From: Geosiphon pyriformis uo1
Lineage: Eukaryota; Fungi; Glomeromycota
Reading direction: 5' to 3'
NCBI GenBank assembly: GCA_016748015.1
Contig: JAAOMT010000586.1
Location: 727,483 to 791,482 of the forward strand
Length of the DNA stretch: 64,000 nt
Part shown: positions 10,279 to 25,074 of the stretch, piece after piece
Position numbering within the stretch: the stretch's first letter is position 1
Layout of the letters: every line of letters begins with the position of its first letter
Position numbers and translations under genes: made by a program
Notes under the pieces: model-generated
What the model saw: only the letters and a program-made list of their open reading frames with translations
Databases searched by the model: none
What the model was told of the DNA's origin: nothing

Positions 10279-13200
10279 GCAAGTTGCATCACACATTCTT
10301 TCTCTGTCTGGTATGTCATTCCAGTTACACCTTCTTGGTAATGGTTCTTTACAAGTGAGGCACAGTTTCTCGTCCCATTTTCTGTGTCTTTTTAAGTAAC
10401 CATATTTTTTTTTGTTACAATGGTTACAATAGTAGTGGGTAGGGTTTCTTGAGTCTTCATCTGGTGCGCTATATGCAGTCATAGATGAGAGTTGTTTTTT
10501 GCAAACTGAGCATTCTAGCTTTGGTCTACATTGCTGGTGGTTTCTTCGTGGACTTACCTAGTTCTATTCGGATCTTTCTTTGCTGATCCATGTTGGTATG
10601 GCTGGTAGTTCTGTTCTTTGGTCATCAGCCCAAGAAAGCTGATAGGTTTCGATGGCTGGTAGTGCTGGATTTTCTTTAAATTCAAAGGTAGGTCTTTGAT
10701 TGGTGCTGGGTTTTTGGAAATGGCCACAGGTGGCTGGAATTCTGGCCTGGTGGCCATTATAATTGATCAGAAGCTCTTGGGTGGTCCAGTCTAAAGTGGT
10801 ATTGGCTTTTGTTAATCAGTTATTCCCTACTAACACTTGATATTGTGTAGCATCCATTATTAATACTTTTGTAGGTATTACTATGCCATTAATTTTGAAA
10901 AAAAATGAGTCAATTTTGTCATGAGGCAGCTTTGTACTTCCATTGGCTGTTATGATTTGGAACGTTACAGCACAATCAACTTTGAAACTCAGTTGGTTTA
11001 CTAATTGAAGCATTATGATGCTTTCAGCGGATCCACTATCTAAGATAAGTTTGATTGGGGTATTGTTTACAATGGCTTCTATATACATAGCAGTGATTAG
11101 GTGTTTTTCATCCAATGCTGCTCCACTGAACATAGTCTCGTTTTCCTCTAATTCAAAAGGAAAAATAGCTGCGAGGCTGCTATCTTTGGTGGCAACTGCT
11201 GGTGGTATTATTTGGCTCAATTTGTTGGAGAAATTTTTGGTTCTGTTGATGTTTCTACTGTTATTATTTCCAATAATCGGATTTTCCAGTATATTAAAGT
11301 AAGTTTGTTGATAATTTTGGTAGTTTGGATTGGTTTGCTGACTGGTTCTGGTGCAGTTTGGATTTCTTTGAACCAATGCGTTCTGGTTCCATATGGGCTT
11401 ATTTTGGGGTTCAGGATGCCAATTTGGGTTGGCTATTATGAGCTGTTGCTAGTAAGTTCCTTGATTTTGATATATGGTAAGATATTGGCATGGTATTGGT
11501 ATGTACTGGTTTCTGGGCATTTGGAGTGGTGTGTAATAATTATTTTTGCGTGCTTCTTGCATCATTCACATTCGACATTGACTAATCAAATGTCCTACAC
11601 ATTTGTAAAAATAGCAGGCGTGTGTTTCTGTTCTGAATTTCTGGTGTGACGAGCAATTATTTCAACTGTTGCTGACTTCCTGACTGCATCTTTGGGGTGG
11701 TTGGTATGTATTTTTTCTTGGATCCAGGATGAGGTAACTTTTTATTTTCTTAGAGAGTTCCTCTCTTAATTGTATTACTCTTTTCTCTAATGTTTCTGTC
11801 TTATTTTCCTCCATTACTATGTTAACCATTTAACTATGATTAGCTTCTTTCTCAGCTAATTCAAGGGCTCTGATAAGTGTAACAGCTTCTGGTAAGAAAT
11901 TAGGGTGGGCAGGGCATACTCTTCTTAAGATGCTGCTTTTTAATTCTCTAATAAACTGATTTAAAACCTGAGGATCAGTGTAGTATTCTTGTTCAATTAC
12001 TTCAATTTGATGGCAAATTTGATTAAATCAAGCAAGGTATTGGGTAACAGTTTCACCAGTATCTTGCTTGATAGTATTGAATTCATTTTGTAGTTGAATT
12101 ACAGCATTTGGATCACTAAAATACTCCAAGAATGCATTTTTAAATTTGGTGAAGCTTGTGGATTTTGTTTCCAGGCTTTGATACCATGAGTTGACAGTGT
12201 CTTTCAAAAAGAAAAGTAATATTTGAATTGCTCTTTAATCATTCCAGTTATTTGTTTGAATGGCTTTTTGTGCTTTTCTGAGTCATATATGCACGTCTAT
12301 TTCTTCTTCCTCTACTGAGAAATCTATTAATTATGTGATGTAAGATGTGGGCATTTTGTTATTTTTTTCTGCTAGTGGGCTTATTGGTCTAAGAGGAGGT
12401 GAGATGATATTTCTTTGAGCGTTCCTAAAAGTGACTTCTCTTATATCTGGTCTTCCTCTTGATTACAAGTTTTTTGGTTTCTGGACTGGCTGCTTGTTCC
12501 AGTGACTGGTCTTGTACTTGTTTTTTTACTGGTTTCTTCAGATTCCAATTCAGACTCCTCTTCACGGTTTTCAAACCCCGCTCCAAATTTTGGTTGAAAA
12601 AGGGGTTTTTGGAATAGCAATGAATATTCTTCTGTTATTGGTATATTTCTCTAATCACATTGTTTAAGTTTATCAGTATAATTAAGAGTTCTTGGTGTTT
12701 GTGGAGTTGATGTAGATGATGATGCAACTCCTAATAGGAGCTGAATTTTATTATCTAGGGAAAAATGGTAAGATCTTTTTTCTGACGAATGAAAGCATTG
12801 TTTTTTTATTGATTGCATGATGTTTTTCTTGGGTGTTTGGGCAGATGTTCCTAATTTTTACTAATTTTCTTCGTGATTAATTTCTGGATTGTGGATGCAT
12901 TTTTTGGTGTTCTTTGTAAATATTGGAAAATTTTTGTTGGCATATTGGTCTATTTTGCAATGGATTTTGACAATAGTCATGGCTATTACTGTTATTTTCT
13001 TTGTAGTGTATTGTGATAATTCTCTATACAATTCAAGTTTTGCATCATGTGGTTCTTCTTTCTTTCCTATATGGTACTTTATTCTGGCATTAATATAATA
13101 AGTGAGAGCAGATTCTGCTGGACAACACCCTTCTGGTAATCCAAGATTACTTTGATTTTGTGTATAAATAGCATAGCAGAATTCAAGAACAGTAAAAGTA

Positions 13201-14412
13201 GGAGTTTTTGTCACCACTTTTGTTTCTTCTTTTTTAGCAATGAATTATTGCTAATTATTATTTTCTTTTTGATTTTCTTTCCTCATAGGGTTCACCAAAT
13301 GTTATGGGATGGTTTTCTTGATATATTTAATTGCCAATATTCTGTTTTAAATGCAATCAGTCTCTCGTGAGTTCCTTAATTCTATTTGTGTAATAATGTT
13401 ACTGTTATACTAAAGGCTTTTTCTTTAATGTCGCAATGTAAGTTATTTCTTAATTCCTAATTGTTATCTGTGTTTATTTACTTCTTCTCAGAGGCTGAAC
13501 TGAAATCTACTTGCTATCTGGGGTCTTCTCTGAGGCTATTTTTGCAATTGCCTAATGTGTTTCTCTAATCTAGAAACATGGAATGTTAATGGTCTTTAGC
13601 GCTTTTCCTAATTTTTACAATAAAGCTTTTATCAATTAATAACAATGTGAATAATCTTGATCAGGAATTATTCTTCCAAGGGATTTAGCTGATTAATGAT
13701 AGTTTTATTCAATAAATAATACAAGTAAGTTTCTTAATACATTGGATTCAGTTTTCAATATTCTTTTTCATTTCTTTTTGATTAAAGGTTTTTGTGGATA
13801 TTTATTTTTAAAAGTAAAGACTAGAAGATAATTAAAGTGGAACTGTTGGATGAATTGTTTTGTTGAATGATATCATTTTTCTTAATATTAAAGCTACTGT
13901 ATATATACATGTTTGTAGTTCTACAAGAAAACACATTGTAATACTTTTTTTTTGATATCTTAACCTGGTGTTTGCCACTATTATCAGTTGGTGTTGGCCA
14001 TTATTGTGAACTGGTGCTTGCCACTATGTTAATCATTATCTTTTTAGGATTATTATTGTGCTATATTATGATTGGATAATTTATATTATTTTATGATTCT
14101 TTTGCTAAATTTTTGAACCATAACAACATATTTTCTAGTTTTACAAGATTGTTTTTAATTGTTTATTATTATTAAATATTGTTTATTATTTTAGTTATTG
14201 TTTTATTTTTTTATATTATAACTAATTATTTTATGTTATTATTAGTATTTTGTATTATTTTATATTATTATGTATTATTTTATGTTATCTTATATTATTT
14301 TATATTATTTCACATTATTTTATATTATTTTATATTATTTTATGTTCTTATATAATATTTATATTTTTTAATAGTTTAAATCAATTTTTTTATTCAAATA
14401 ATATTATATATT
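10279..14412 (-). mobile_element. Gypsy family C: 5' LTR, PBS, gag, protease and start of Cys-rich domain, truncated
   Basis: Protease IKLILDSGSAESII; Cys-rich YYCNHC...CLTC...CDATCQY; gag 11500-13217; PBS TGGTGAACCCTATGAGG at ~13281-13297; LTR end CCCATAACA at 13300. Confidence 0.85.
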
Positions 14413-14549
14413 GTTTTTTTTTAATATTTATTTATTTAATTTTAATTTATATAATTTATTAAAAACTTTTTTCTTTCACTCATTTCAAATTCCTGAAAAA
14501 GAGTCAATTAATTTTTTGAAAGAAGTTTTTTTTTACCATTCAGTATAAT

Positions 14550-16387
14550 AAAACCAAACTGTTTTTTGATTTCAAGGCCACTGTTGGCCCTAGTATTGCC
14601 ATCATAAAGAAGGTTATTAAAGACTCTGATTCAGGTGGAGGTTTCAAACTCATCTTGTTAAGGAAGAAGAAAAAAGGTAGCATTTTGGAAAAGAGTGTTG
14701 AAAACAAAGAAAAGTCTACTAAGGTGCCAAGTGGTCATTTATGGAGTTCTAAGACTGGTAATACCACCAAGTCTAATAGTATTGATATGGAGGAAAAGTG
14801 TCTGGTAGAGGAAACCAGTTTCAATTATAGTAAGAATAGTGTTTTTGCTAATAAAGATCCTAATCAGATGCTTAAAGAGCTGGGTATTAAGACCAAGAAA
14901 GTGTTGAGCAAGCTTTTAGGAAAGATAGATTTCTCAAATCATGATATTGATGATAATGTTTTCTTAGATGCCTCTTTAAAACTTCTCCTTTCCTTGAAGA
15001 TCTTGGTCAATGTTTCTGTTAAAAAATCTTTTGCATTGAATATTGGGTTGAATGAGATAGTTAACAAAATGTCTCAAGAAAAATATGCCATAGTTAGGAA
15101 GTTATTTTCAGAAATCAATGATTTTGGGGGGCATCTACCTTCTCAAAATTCTCAGAGATTATCAGAGCGATGTTTACTTTTGAATTGGGTCTAATAAAAG
15201 CCACTGAAAAGACTACTGATGCAAAAATTATAATAAACACCAATCTCAGAAAGTTTACCAAACATTCTGATTAGACTGTGGTTTTGAAAAAAATTCCAAT
15301 TGGTATTTCTACTAAGGCTGTGCATGCTGCACTATCTGAGTTTGGTATTATTAAGTCAATCAAGATGCAATTGGTGGAACTGTGGCAGAAAGCAGTGATT
15401 GAATTTGAACAAGTTGATCATGCTGATTTGGTTGCAGCAAAATGGTCTATTCTAATTAGGAAGGATACAGTACATATTATTAGAGCTAATCAAAATAAGA
15501 TTTTATAAGATGCGAGAAACAGTCATAGGGCACTGTTCTATACTCTTTCTGTGGGAACAAATGCTCATGACATTTGGGATTTTATTGGTTCTGTGAATGA
15601 GAAAACATGTGTAATTAATCAACATTCTATTATATATGTCCAAACCAGATGTGTTATTGTTTGTTTTGAATCAGCTAAATCTCTAAATGCTATTGTGAAA
15701 ACCACATTTTTGTTAAAAAGAGTCAATTTATGATGGTTTTATCTGGGTTTTTCTAGGTGTACTAAATATAAGAAAATGGGGCATACATCATTAAGCTGTT
15801 CTGTGAGTAAGAGTTTGTATTCAGATAAAATGTCTTGTATAACACTTCCAGACATGAATAAAAGCAGGTTGGCTGTTATCTATTCCAAGTGTTTGGCTCC
15901 CATTGCTCATCTTGTTGCTTTTGGTGGAGTTTCTTGGGCAAAGATAATTGGTAGTTCATTGTTTTTTCTTTTCTTTGCACAAAAAGTTTCAGTTAACTTT
16001 GGCTTCTCTGCAAAGATGAAACCTATCTCTCCTGTTGTTAAAGGCATTGAAAAAAGGTTTGCTGTTTTGGAAAACAGTTTTACTAGCCTTATAGAACAAA
16101 TTAGTGAGTTGGCTAAGAGATTGGATTTACTTATACCAACAGTTTTCCAATCTAGCTCTGAATGTTAGCTATCAGTAATCTTCCCATCACAAAATTAGGT
16201 GGGCAATATAGTAATGGAAGAGGACTCGAGTAAAGCCACTAGTAGTAAAACTGCTACACTTTTGGTTTCATTTTCTCATTCTGATATGGTCAAATTTGAA
16301 AATATGTTGAATGGTCTTTTTGTTTTGGTGTTAAGTTTGTTAGCTTATCTCGATAGTTTGGTCCTGGCTGGTAGTGTGCACCTCTGA
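14550..16387 (+). pseudogene. LINE ORF1 (two RRM-like segments, decayed CCHC knuckle, coiled coil)
   Basis: VVLKKIPIGIS...EFGIIKSIK...AVIEFE; CxxxKKMGHTSLSC; RFAVLENSFTSLIEQISELAKRLD. Start approximate. Confidence 0.75.
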
Positions 16388-16398
16388 TCTCCTTTTCA

Positions 16399-19300
16399 AT
16401 AAATGAGTTTGTCTGAAAAATTGTAACTTGTAATGTCAGAAGTATAAACAATCCTGCAAAGCAGAAGGATATTGTGTATTGGCATAAGAACATGAACAAT
16501 TTAATCTCAATTTTTACTGAAACTAAGCTAAGGAGAAAGATTCATCCATAGATTGTTAACAGATTTAATAATGTTTATGTGTTTACTTCTGGTTTGGACT
16601 CTGGTTACTTGGGTTCAAGGATTGCTATAGTCATAAATGATTTTTTGGTGAGGCATGTCTATAAGGTTTCTGAGATATCTGGCCATCTCTTTCTTATCAA
16701 GTTGCTTTTCAAAAATAAATTTTCTGTGTTAATTTTGGGGCTTTATGCTGAGATGTCTTTGGCAGTTTATTTCTCTTAAATGGATAACATTAATTTTTTG
16801 ATTGTAAAGGCTATAAATGAGTCCTTCTTTGTTATCTTAAATGGCAATTTCAATGAGAATGGTGCTCACAAATGTGCCAGTTTCAAAAGATGCTTTGATT
16901 TGGATTTAGTCAATTCTTTAGATAGAAGTTTATTTGTGAAGGTGCCAACATGGAGCAATTCTTAAGATGTCTTAAAAACAATTGATTATATGTTGGTTTT
17001 TTTAAATTTGGCCAATACAATTGTACAGCGCAATGTTTCAGAGATCAGTAAATATTTTAACACTAATTATCAAGCTGTTTCTGTGTCTGTGGATTTGGAT
17101 GGTTTGCTAGATATGTGGTTGAACTCTCTTTACAAACAAGCAAACAAAGATTGTTAGAAATTTGACTTTAAGGGTGTGAGTAATGATGACTGGACTGGAT
17201 TTAAGGAGGTTTTAATAGCTAATGCTGCTATGTTTTCTGATGATTTCATGATGTTTAAGAGTTTTACAGATTTGGATGTGATGTAAAATATTATTTATAA
17301 GATGATATGCCTATCAACTAAAAGGGTCTTCAAAAAAAAGTGGTTTAAAGACTATAATAGTGTTTTTATTAAAGAGTTTTTCAGATTCTACAAGCTTGAA
17401 CTTTTGGTTTCTAGGATTGTTAAAACTTCTTAACTTGCTTTTTATGATGAGTTTGATTTTTTGCTGATTAAGTGAGAGAGTTTTGATGCTGTTAATGTGG
17501 TTGTTATAAAATTACTCATTGATTCTGGATCTTGCTTTGATGATATCAGATCTGCTTTGGCTAAGATCAAAAAATTTTATCACTCTTCTAAACTATTGGA
17601 ATTCAAGTGCACTGAGGAATCTTGAATCAAATTAGCTATTGATAAAAGGATAGAGAGTTTTGTGTTCAATAAAGGTCATACTATCAGAAGTATACTAGAG
17701 TGTCTTTTTCAAAAAGTCATGTTAGACTATCTTGTAGTGGATGAAAAGCTGGTTTTGGAATCTGATCTGGTTAAATCCAATGTTAATAAGATTATGGAAT
17801 GCTAAACCCAAAAGCATAAGATGATTCCTATTATTTCTGATAATTGGTCTTACTAATACCAACTACTGGATTATGTTTTTAATGATGCTTTTTAAACATA
17901 AAAATTCCAATTGATTTTGATGAATTGTTTGGTGTTGTCTTAGATCTGCCTGATGGAAAAGCTGCTGGTCTTTCTGGCATTTCAAATGAGTTGTGGAAAC
18001 ATTGTGATGAGCCAATTTTGAACATGCTGCTGGTGCTTTTAAACTTTTGTTTGATGTGTGAATTGGTTTCAATCTCTTGGAAAAAGGCTTGGGTTTCTAT
18101 GATTCTAAAACTATATAAGTGGAAAGGTATTTTCACAAATATTTGCTCTATTGCTTTAATTAAGACAGCTTGCAAAATTCTTTTCAAAATTCTTTCAAAC
18201 AGAATTTTTTCAGCTTGTAATACTTTCAATGTTCTTTGAAGAGATAATTTTTCTGTTTTAAAGAGCATTATGACACAGTCCCCTATTTTTGCTGTTGGCT
18301 CAATAATTGAAGATGCTTTGAAAAAGAACTGGGAACTATGACTGATTTTGCAAAATATGTGTAAGGCTTATAATTTTGTCAAATAGGAGCATCTCAGAAG
18401 GAGTCTGGTCAAGATCAAAATATGTGATAAGTTTATTAGGTTTTTTGGTAACATTTACAATAATCGAATTAACAGAGTTATAACTGATTTTGATTTGACT
18501 AATAAATATTGGGTTTATAATGGGTTAGATCAAAAAGAGGTTTTTTCACTTCTTTTTTGGTGGATATTTTATGATTCACTTCTGTACAAAGTCAAAAGGC
18601 AGATGAGTGTATATGATTACAGATTGAATTCTCATTTTGTTTTCAGGACTGGTCACATAAATTCTCAAGATGAGATGATGATGTTTTTTGTGGCTGGTGC
18701 TTTTGTTGATAATATTATTTGAATTGACAATAGCCAGAAAGCAACACAGCATATCTTCAATATTGCTAGTAAAATTTTTAGGATCAATGACATTTTTATA
18801 AATAATGATAAGATTGTGACCATTTTAGTAAACTGCAAGGTTGTAAACTCTTGTTTATTTGTTAATGATGTATCTATTTCTGTTGCTAAAAAAGATAAAT
18901 CTCATTGCTATCTGAGTATATTTTTGTCTTCTAAGGATTTGTTGAAGCCTAGCTTGGCTAAGACCCATTCGGATGTTTGGTTTTTTACCAATCTTGTTTT
19001 AAAGAAAACCATTTCTAATAAACAATTTTCATATTTGGTGTCAGCAGTTCTTGTTTCTATTGTGAGCTACAAGACCCAATTCAGTTTTGTTCCTATCAAT
19101 ATGTATAATAAGTAGAACACTATAATTCACAAGGACTTAAAGTTCAAATCTGGTCTGCTGCTCAATTTTTCCAATAATACACTTCATCATCCTTCTTTGT
19201 ACAATTTAAAATCCTTTAAGCAGGTTTAAATTAAGGGCAAATCAGCTTTTGTTATTTGTTTTGCAAATTTTTCTAGTATTTTAGACCATCTGTTTGCATA

Positions 19301-21029
19301 CAGGTCACATAATCTGCAAGTTCTTAGCTGATATTTATGTTATTCTCTGCTTTTTTCATCTTACATCACCATCAATCCTTTGAATAGCTTTTTGGCTGGT
19401 GTAATTCACATTTTTTTGAAGTATAATCTGTCTTTGGGGAGTTTTGTAACCAATGTTTTTTGTGTTTTTTTGCTTTAGCAGTATGAGATCATTTTTGCTG
19501 AACAGTTTCACAACCATAATAGTACAATTTTTGAGTAAAAGACATTTAAGCAGTGGAAGAAATTGAACCTATATGGCCTAGTTCCTGATTGGTTCAAGTA
19601 TTTTGTTTGTTTTCTCAGTAGTAATACTTCTGTTTTTGTTGGTTTTTCTCTTTTCTTGAGTGTTAGATCTTCAAGTGTTCTTGAATCTTATGAGTTTAAA
19701 GTCATTTGTAACCATTTGTCAAGTGTTGATACTAGTTGTTTTTTTGTTTATACAGATAGATCTCTTGTTAATTTAGGGAATTTTGACATGAAGACTAAAG
19801 CTGTGGTTTTTTTTGAGAATATTGGTTTGGGTTTGAGTGTTCAGGTTTCCAGTTTGGTGTCTTCTACTATGGCTAAACTACAGACTATTACACTGATACT
19901 TAAGTGTGTTTTTTCTTTTAGTTCAGTTTAAGTTTTCTCAAATAGTCAGTCTGCTTTGGCTGCTTGCATATTGGAATTGGGCTTGGTGTATCCTGATTAC
20001 CAGAATTAATGTTGAATTAAATGCTATCATATTGTGGGTTTTATTCATGCTAAAAATTTGGATGTTAGTTGGATTAAAGTGAAAAGTTACTTGGGTGTTC
20101 TGAGCAATAAGTGTGCTAATGCTCTTGCTAAGACTGCTTCCTTCTTGAATCAGTACTTTCTTTATCAGATCAATGAATGTTGTATTGAAGCTAGTGGCAA
20201 TATTGTTTCTGAAAATTCTAGATATTTTGTACATAATATTTTTTAATCTATTTACCATGTGTGCTGGGAGGCTGGCTCTAGTTTTTGGGTGATAGAGACC
20301 AGTTTATAGGCTGATATTAATTGGTACAGATTATCTCTGGTGTAGCATCCTAACTCTTATTTGGCAGCCAGCTTTACTAGTAAATTTACAGCTGGTATTT
20401 GCACATATTTTATGAAGGCTCTACATTATTGGCTCCCTGTTGCTGTCTATAAGCACTTGTATAACAGGTGTTATACAAGTGTAGTTTGTTTGTTTTATGG
20501 TAATGTTGAGGTTTTGGACCATGCTTTTTCTTGCTCATTTAATTTTGACATTTATGTTTAGCTGCTAAGCACTTATGTAGCTAACTGGAAGAGACTTTCT
20601 GGTCTTCTTTTTTCATATTCTTGTGTGGCACAACTTCTGTTTTTATGTGCTTTTAACATCATAGTATGTGTGACTTTGTGCAAAGGTTTTGTTCTCAATA
20701 ATTGGTATCAAGAATCTTTTGCTGTTTTCAAAGATTCTAAGATTGCAGGTCAGACAATTGTGAATTTTGTGTGCAGGTTTTGCCTTGCTTTCCAGAATAA
20801 AGTCTAATTGGTCTATACTAAGTACTGGGCTTTTATAGAAAAAAATAGGCTAATTCTGCTAGATGAATCCATTTTAGTTTTGGTCACTAGGCTTTCTTTA
20901 GCACTTTCTGCTAGTATAATTAAATTGTTGGGTATTGCTAATGCTTTTGGTGTTGGTTTTGAGATGCATAAATTTTTTAAGTTCTTTTCAGGTTTGAGTA
21001 GTAAGATTTTAATTCGCATAGATACTTAG
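16399..21029 (+). pseudogene. LINE ORF2 (AP endonuclease, RT, RNase H, C-terminal Cys/His motif)
   Basis: KIVTCNVR...FTETKL, ILNGNFN, KTIDY (APE); GKAAGLSGI, GLDQKEVFS, AFVDN (RT); YTDRS...AKLQTI...KVKSY...NKCANALA (RNase H); CLFYGNVEVLDHAFSC. Confidence 0.88.
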
Positions 21030-21149
21030 TGTTGTTCTGATTAGCCTAAATGACTAGTTACATGTGGAAAATACATGATTTACACCTAATTTAGATTATT
21101 TGTATAATATATTGTACTAAGTAGTATTTGGATTTTACTCATTAAAAAT

Positions 21150-22610
21150 AATAATGAAAAATAATAATTTATTTTTAAATGTTTTATAAATATAAAATAA
21201 TCTATTTTATTTGTTTTTAAATTTTTTATTTTTTAGCTTTTAAATAATATAATAATACTTTATAATTAATTATATTATTTGGTAACTAATTATTATAACT
21301 TATTTTTTATTGTACTTATAATTATTTAATATTTTAAACTGTTTTTTTTTCTTAAGTTTCTATTAATTTATATGTTTTTTTAAGTATTGTTTTATAAAAT
21401 ATTGTTTTAATAATAATTTTATTCAAATAAATTAGAATAATAAGTTTAATTAATAAAATAGTTTTTTTATAAACTAATTTAAATAATGTAAATTGTATAG
21501 TATTTTTTTATAATATTTTATATTCTAATAGTACTGTTAGTATAAATAAATTTTATTTTATTTTATTGCTAATTTTGGTTAATGTTTTATATAATACATA
21601 ATTAAATTATTTAGTTAATTTATTTATTTGTAAATAATATTATAATAATAATAATTGTTTAATTTCAAATTTTTAACTAAGTTTATTTAATGTATTGTTT
21701 ATAAAATATGTGTTTTAATTTGATATTTTTTTATTTTTAGTATTATAATTAATTATATTTAATAATAATATATATAATTTCTTAATATTTACTTTTTTTG
21801 TTTTAAAAAATTCAAAAAAAATTTACTTTTATTGATTATTATAGATTTTATTAATTTATATTTAAAATTAATTTTTTGTTATTATATATACTAAAAATAT
21901 TTATTTTGTTTTTAATAAAAAAATTTAACCAAAAACAAACTATTTTATTTTTAAAATTTTTAATATTATATCAACTTTTTTAAATTTTTAAGTAAAATTA
22001 TTATCTATAAAATTATGTATAATATTTTTTGTAAATTTTTTTGGTTATGTTATTACTAGTAATAATTATTAATTCGTGCACAAAAAAGGTAGTATTTTGT
22101 GAAATTTTAAAAATTATAAAACAAAAAAACCAATTTTTTGTATTAATAACATAATTTAATTGTTAATTTAAATAAAATATACATATTTTATATTAAATAA
22201 TACTATATATATTTTATATATTTAACCAATTACTTAAATTAATTAAACTATATTATTTTATGCTTAATTATTTAAACCATTAACAAAATACAAAAACTCT
22301 GAGTTTATAAAATTTATTGTATTTAAATTTATTTAAATTTTATATTTATTAATTGTCTTATTCTAATACTTTAAATATTGTAATTATATTAATTATATTT
22401 TTGAAAAAAATTGGTTATACATATGTTTAATTAATTATTTAATATATTCTGTAAAAATTATTTTGTTTAAAATTTAAATTATATATAAGATGACTGATAT
22501 ATAAGTGTGTAATATTTAATTATTATTAATAATATTAAATAAATAATGCCCAAATTAAAATATTTAAATTTTTGTTTACAGTTAATAATTACCCTACTTA
22601 CAATATTAAA
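21150..22610. other. extremely AT-rich stretch, probably a fully decayed transposon relic
   Basis: Almost no G or C and no readable ORF; abuts the gene island. Confidence 0.5.
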
Positions 22611-22628
22611 AATGGGCCGCATTCTTTA

Positions 22629-22629
<1 letters not shown>

Positions 22630-22681
<52 letters not shown>
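22630..22681. repeat. (TAA)n microsatellite, about 17 units
   Basis: Read directly, ~140 bp upstream of the GGA start codon. Confidence 0.95.
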
Positions 22682-22683
<2 letters not shown>

Positions 22684-22822
22684 TTTGTTATATAATAAAT
22701 TAATTTAAAAAGTTACAAATTATTAAATTATAAAGTAAACATAACACCAAATTCTGACGCTGATCATCACCACGATATTAACTGAATAAGAATAATCCTT
22801 TTAAACCTTATAGTAAATATCT

Positions 22823-24953
22823 ATGGCACAACCTGTAATTCAAACTTTGATAGGTATTTTCAAAAACCAAACTAGTCCAAGTTTCTCATTTTTTTGTCTT
22901 TATTTTCTCACCAAAAACATAACTGACTAATCACGTCTTTATTGGGTAAATAAGAGAGAGCCTGTAATCCAGTTCTCTTTGAGCCTGATTTGGCTTTAAA
23001 TTTAGAAATTGCAGATTTTATCAATCGAAAAAAGCAAAATTGGTAAGATAATGTTGGATTGTTGTGATGATATTCTTTTTCAATTTGATCTTTTTCTCAT
23101 ATTAAATTTGTTGAGATATAGCCCACGAGATGCTGCGGTCAACATCGTGCGACTCATTAAGCACAAAAATCCTAACGTTGCTATGCTAGCCTTAACGGTA
23201 TTTTGTTTTTTGGAACTATACTCATTTTTGATTTTGTCAAATCCTGGTTCCAATAATAATTCTTGATAATTTAGCTGTTAGATATTTGTGTAAAGAATTG
23301 TGGTTACCCTTTCCATTTGCAGATAGCTACGAAAGAATTTTTGAACGAATTAGTTCGAAGATTACCCGAAAAGCCACCAGTAAATTCAGATATTTCAGTT
23401 GCTTTCAATTTTTGCGGGATCTCATTTTTTTAAATCAAAATATTATTTTCTATTAAAAAGGTGATTCCTAATCCTATTCAGTTAAGGATATTGGAGTATA
23501 TAGAGGAATGGAAATCAACCATATGTGTGACTTCACGTCATAAAGATGAATTTGGAAATATTAAAGATATGCATCGATTACTTTCTTTCAAAGGTTTGTA
23601 AATGTCATTTTTCAATTCAAATTTACTAGATGTTAATTCCCACTATTTCATCAATCCTAAATACCGATTAAAATTCTTCTTGAAAATTTTTAGGATATAT
23701 TTTTCCCGAGATAGACGATCAATCGGTTGCTGTATTGAACCCATCACAAGTAAGACAATTCATTTCGATTATATATTTTCCGAGATATGCTTGTCTTAGA
23801 TATTTCTCTGATTAGACATTGAAATCGCGCGAAGAATTGGAGGAAGAAGATCGTGCTGCACAAGGAGCGGTAAGATCCGAGTATTTTATTTTTTAAAAAA
23901 TTTAAATGTAATTTGCGTCGTCATATATGTAACCTTCGTTGTCTAGATTTAGTTCTATACTTATGCGGCATATGCTTCACTGGCTGACATGATTTGTGTA
24001 CCAAAACCAGAAATTGCAAGAATTAATCCGCAGAGGCACTCCTCAAGATTTAGCTGAGGCAAACGAGTTGATGAAAATCATGTCCGGCTACGTAGGTTTT
24101 TTATAATACTGCCTCTTCAATATATATCCGGGGACTGTAATTTTATCAATATCTTCCCAGGACTCTGAATCTCGACCAGATTACCAGAAACAAGCTGACG
24201 AAGAATTGGAGCGTATACAACGTAAATCTATACTCTTAAACGATATGCTTAATGGTGTCAAACCAGGCGAACGCATCGGTGATGGTGATGTTTTTGAGGT
24301 TGTTCATTGATCAATAGTTTCATTTTTCCTTCGAAAAAGAACAACGTATCTCAATAAAACATTTGATTTTTTTCTCGTGACTTCACGTAGGAACTTGCAC
24401 AATCTTGTAAAGCTGCACAGCCCAAAATTCAACAGCTTATAGGACAAGAAGAGGATTCGGAAAGTATAGGTAAAACATTTCTTTTTAACGAGAAAAATTT
24501 TACCAAATCTTACCTCCTCATCTTTCAATAGATCGTCTTTTGACGTTGAATGATTTAATTAATGGGGTTCTCAAAAGATATGAGGATATTTCTAATGGGA
24601 TATTTGAGCAGCAAAATAAAATCATGGTCCCGTCAAATCAGCCACCTAAAGAGTAAGGGATCAAGAAGTAAGCTAGTACCTAATTTTGATGACTAATATT
24701 TACATTTGTCATACCTAAAAACGTTACAGAGATCAGTTGGAATCATGGCTCATTGATTTTGGAGACCCTGACTCTCCTGGTCAAATTAGTTTACCTGTAT
24801 CCACAACACCGGCTGCTCCCAAAAACAGTTCGTCCACCGGCAGAGGTATTGTAGATTTATAATGTCTACTTTGTTTCGTAATATTACTCATTTAATTTGA
24901 TAATAGATCCCACGATAGATGATTTACTTGGAATTGATTTCAGTGGAAATTAA
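22823..24953 (+). CDS. GGA2: GGA-family clathrin adaptor (VHS + GAT + short hinge), 13 exons, ~374 aa
   Basis: GT-AG exons 22823-22853, 22955-23042, 23122-23197, 23275-23379, 23461-23593, 23694-23749, 23816-23869, 24011-24091, 24161-24298, 24391-24469, 24532-24652, 24730-24845, 24907-24953 join to 1125 nt in frame. Motifs IERACNP...EPDLALNLEIAD, CVKNCGYPFHLQIATKEFLNELVRR and KLQELIRRGTPQDLAEANELMKIMSGY are typical of fungal Gga1/2. Confidence 0.92.
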
Positions 24954-25074
24954 AAACTGTTCTTAAATGTTAAATCATAATATCTATAAATTATATTTTC
25001 TTTATTGGAAACTCATCTCTGAATGATTGTCTACGATAAATTATAGCATGATATTTAAACTGGTTTTCAATTCT

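Larger units (their letters stand above)
14470..21150 (+). mobile_element. near-full-length non-LTR retrotransposon (LINE; APE-RT-RNaseH type), decayed
   Basis: ORF1 and ORF2 remnants in order, then a ~120-nt 3' UTR ending in an A-rich tail. 5' boundary approximate. Confidence 0.9.

Noticed and set aside
14250-14462. Hydrophobic ORFs suggesting membrane or env-like proteins (also 9880-10152, 36699-36986)
   Set aside because: Ile/Leu/Phe/Tyr richness follows from AT-rich tandem repeats and decay.
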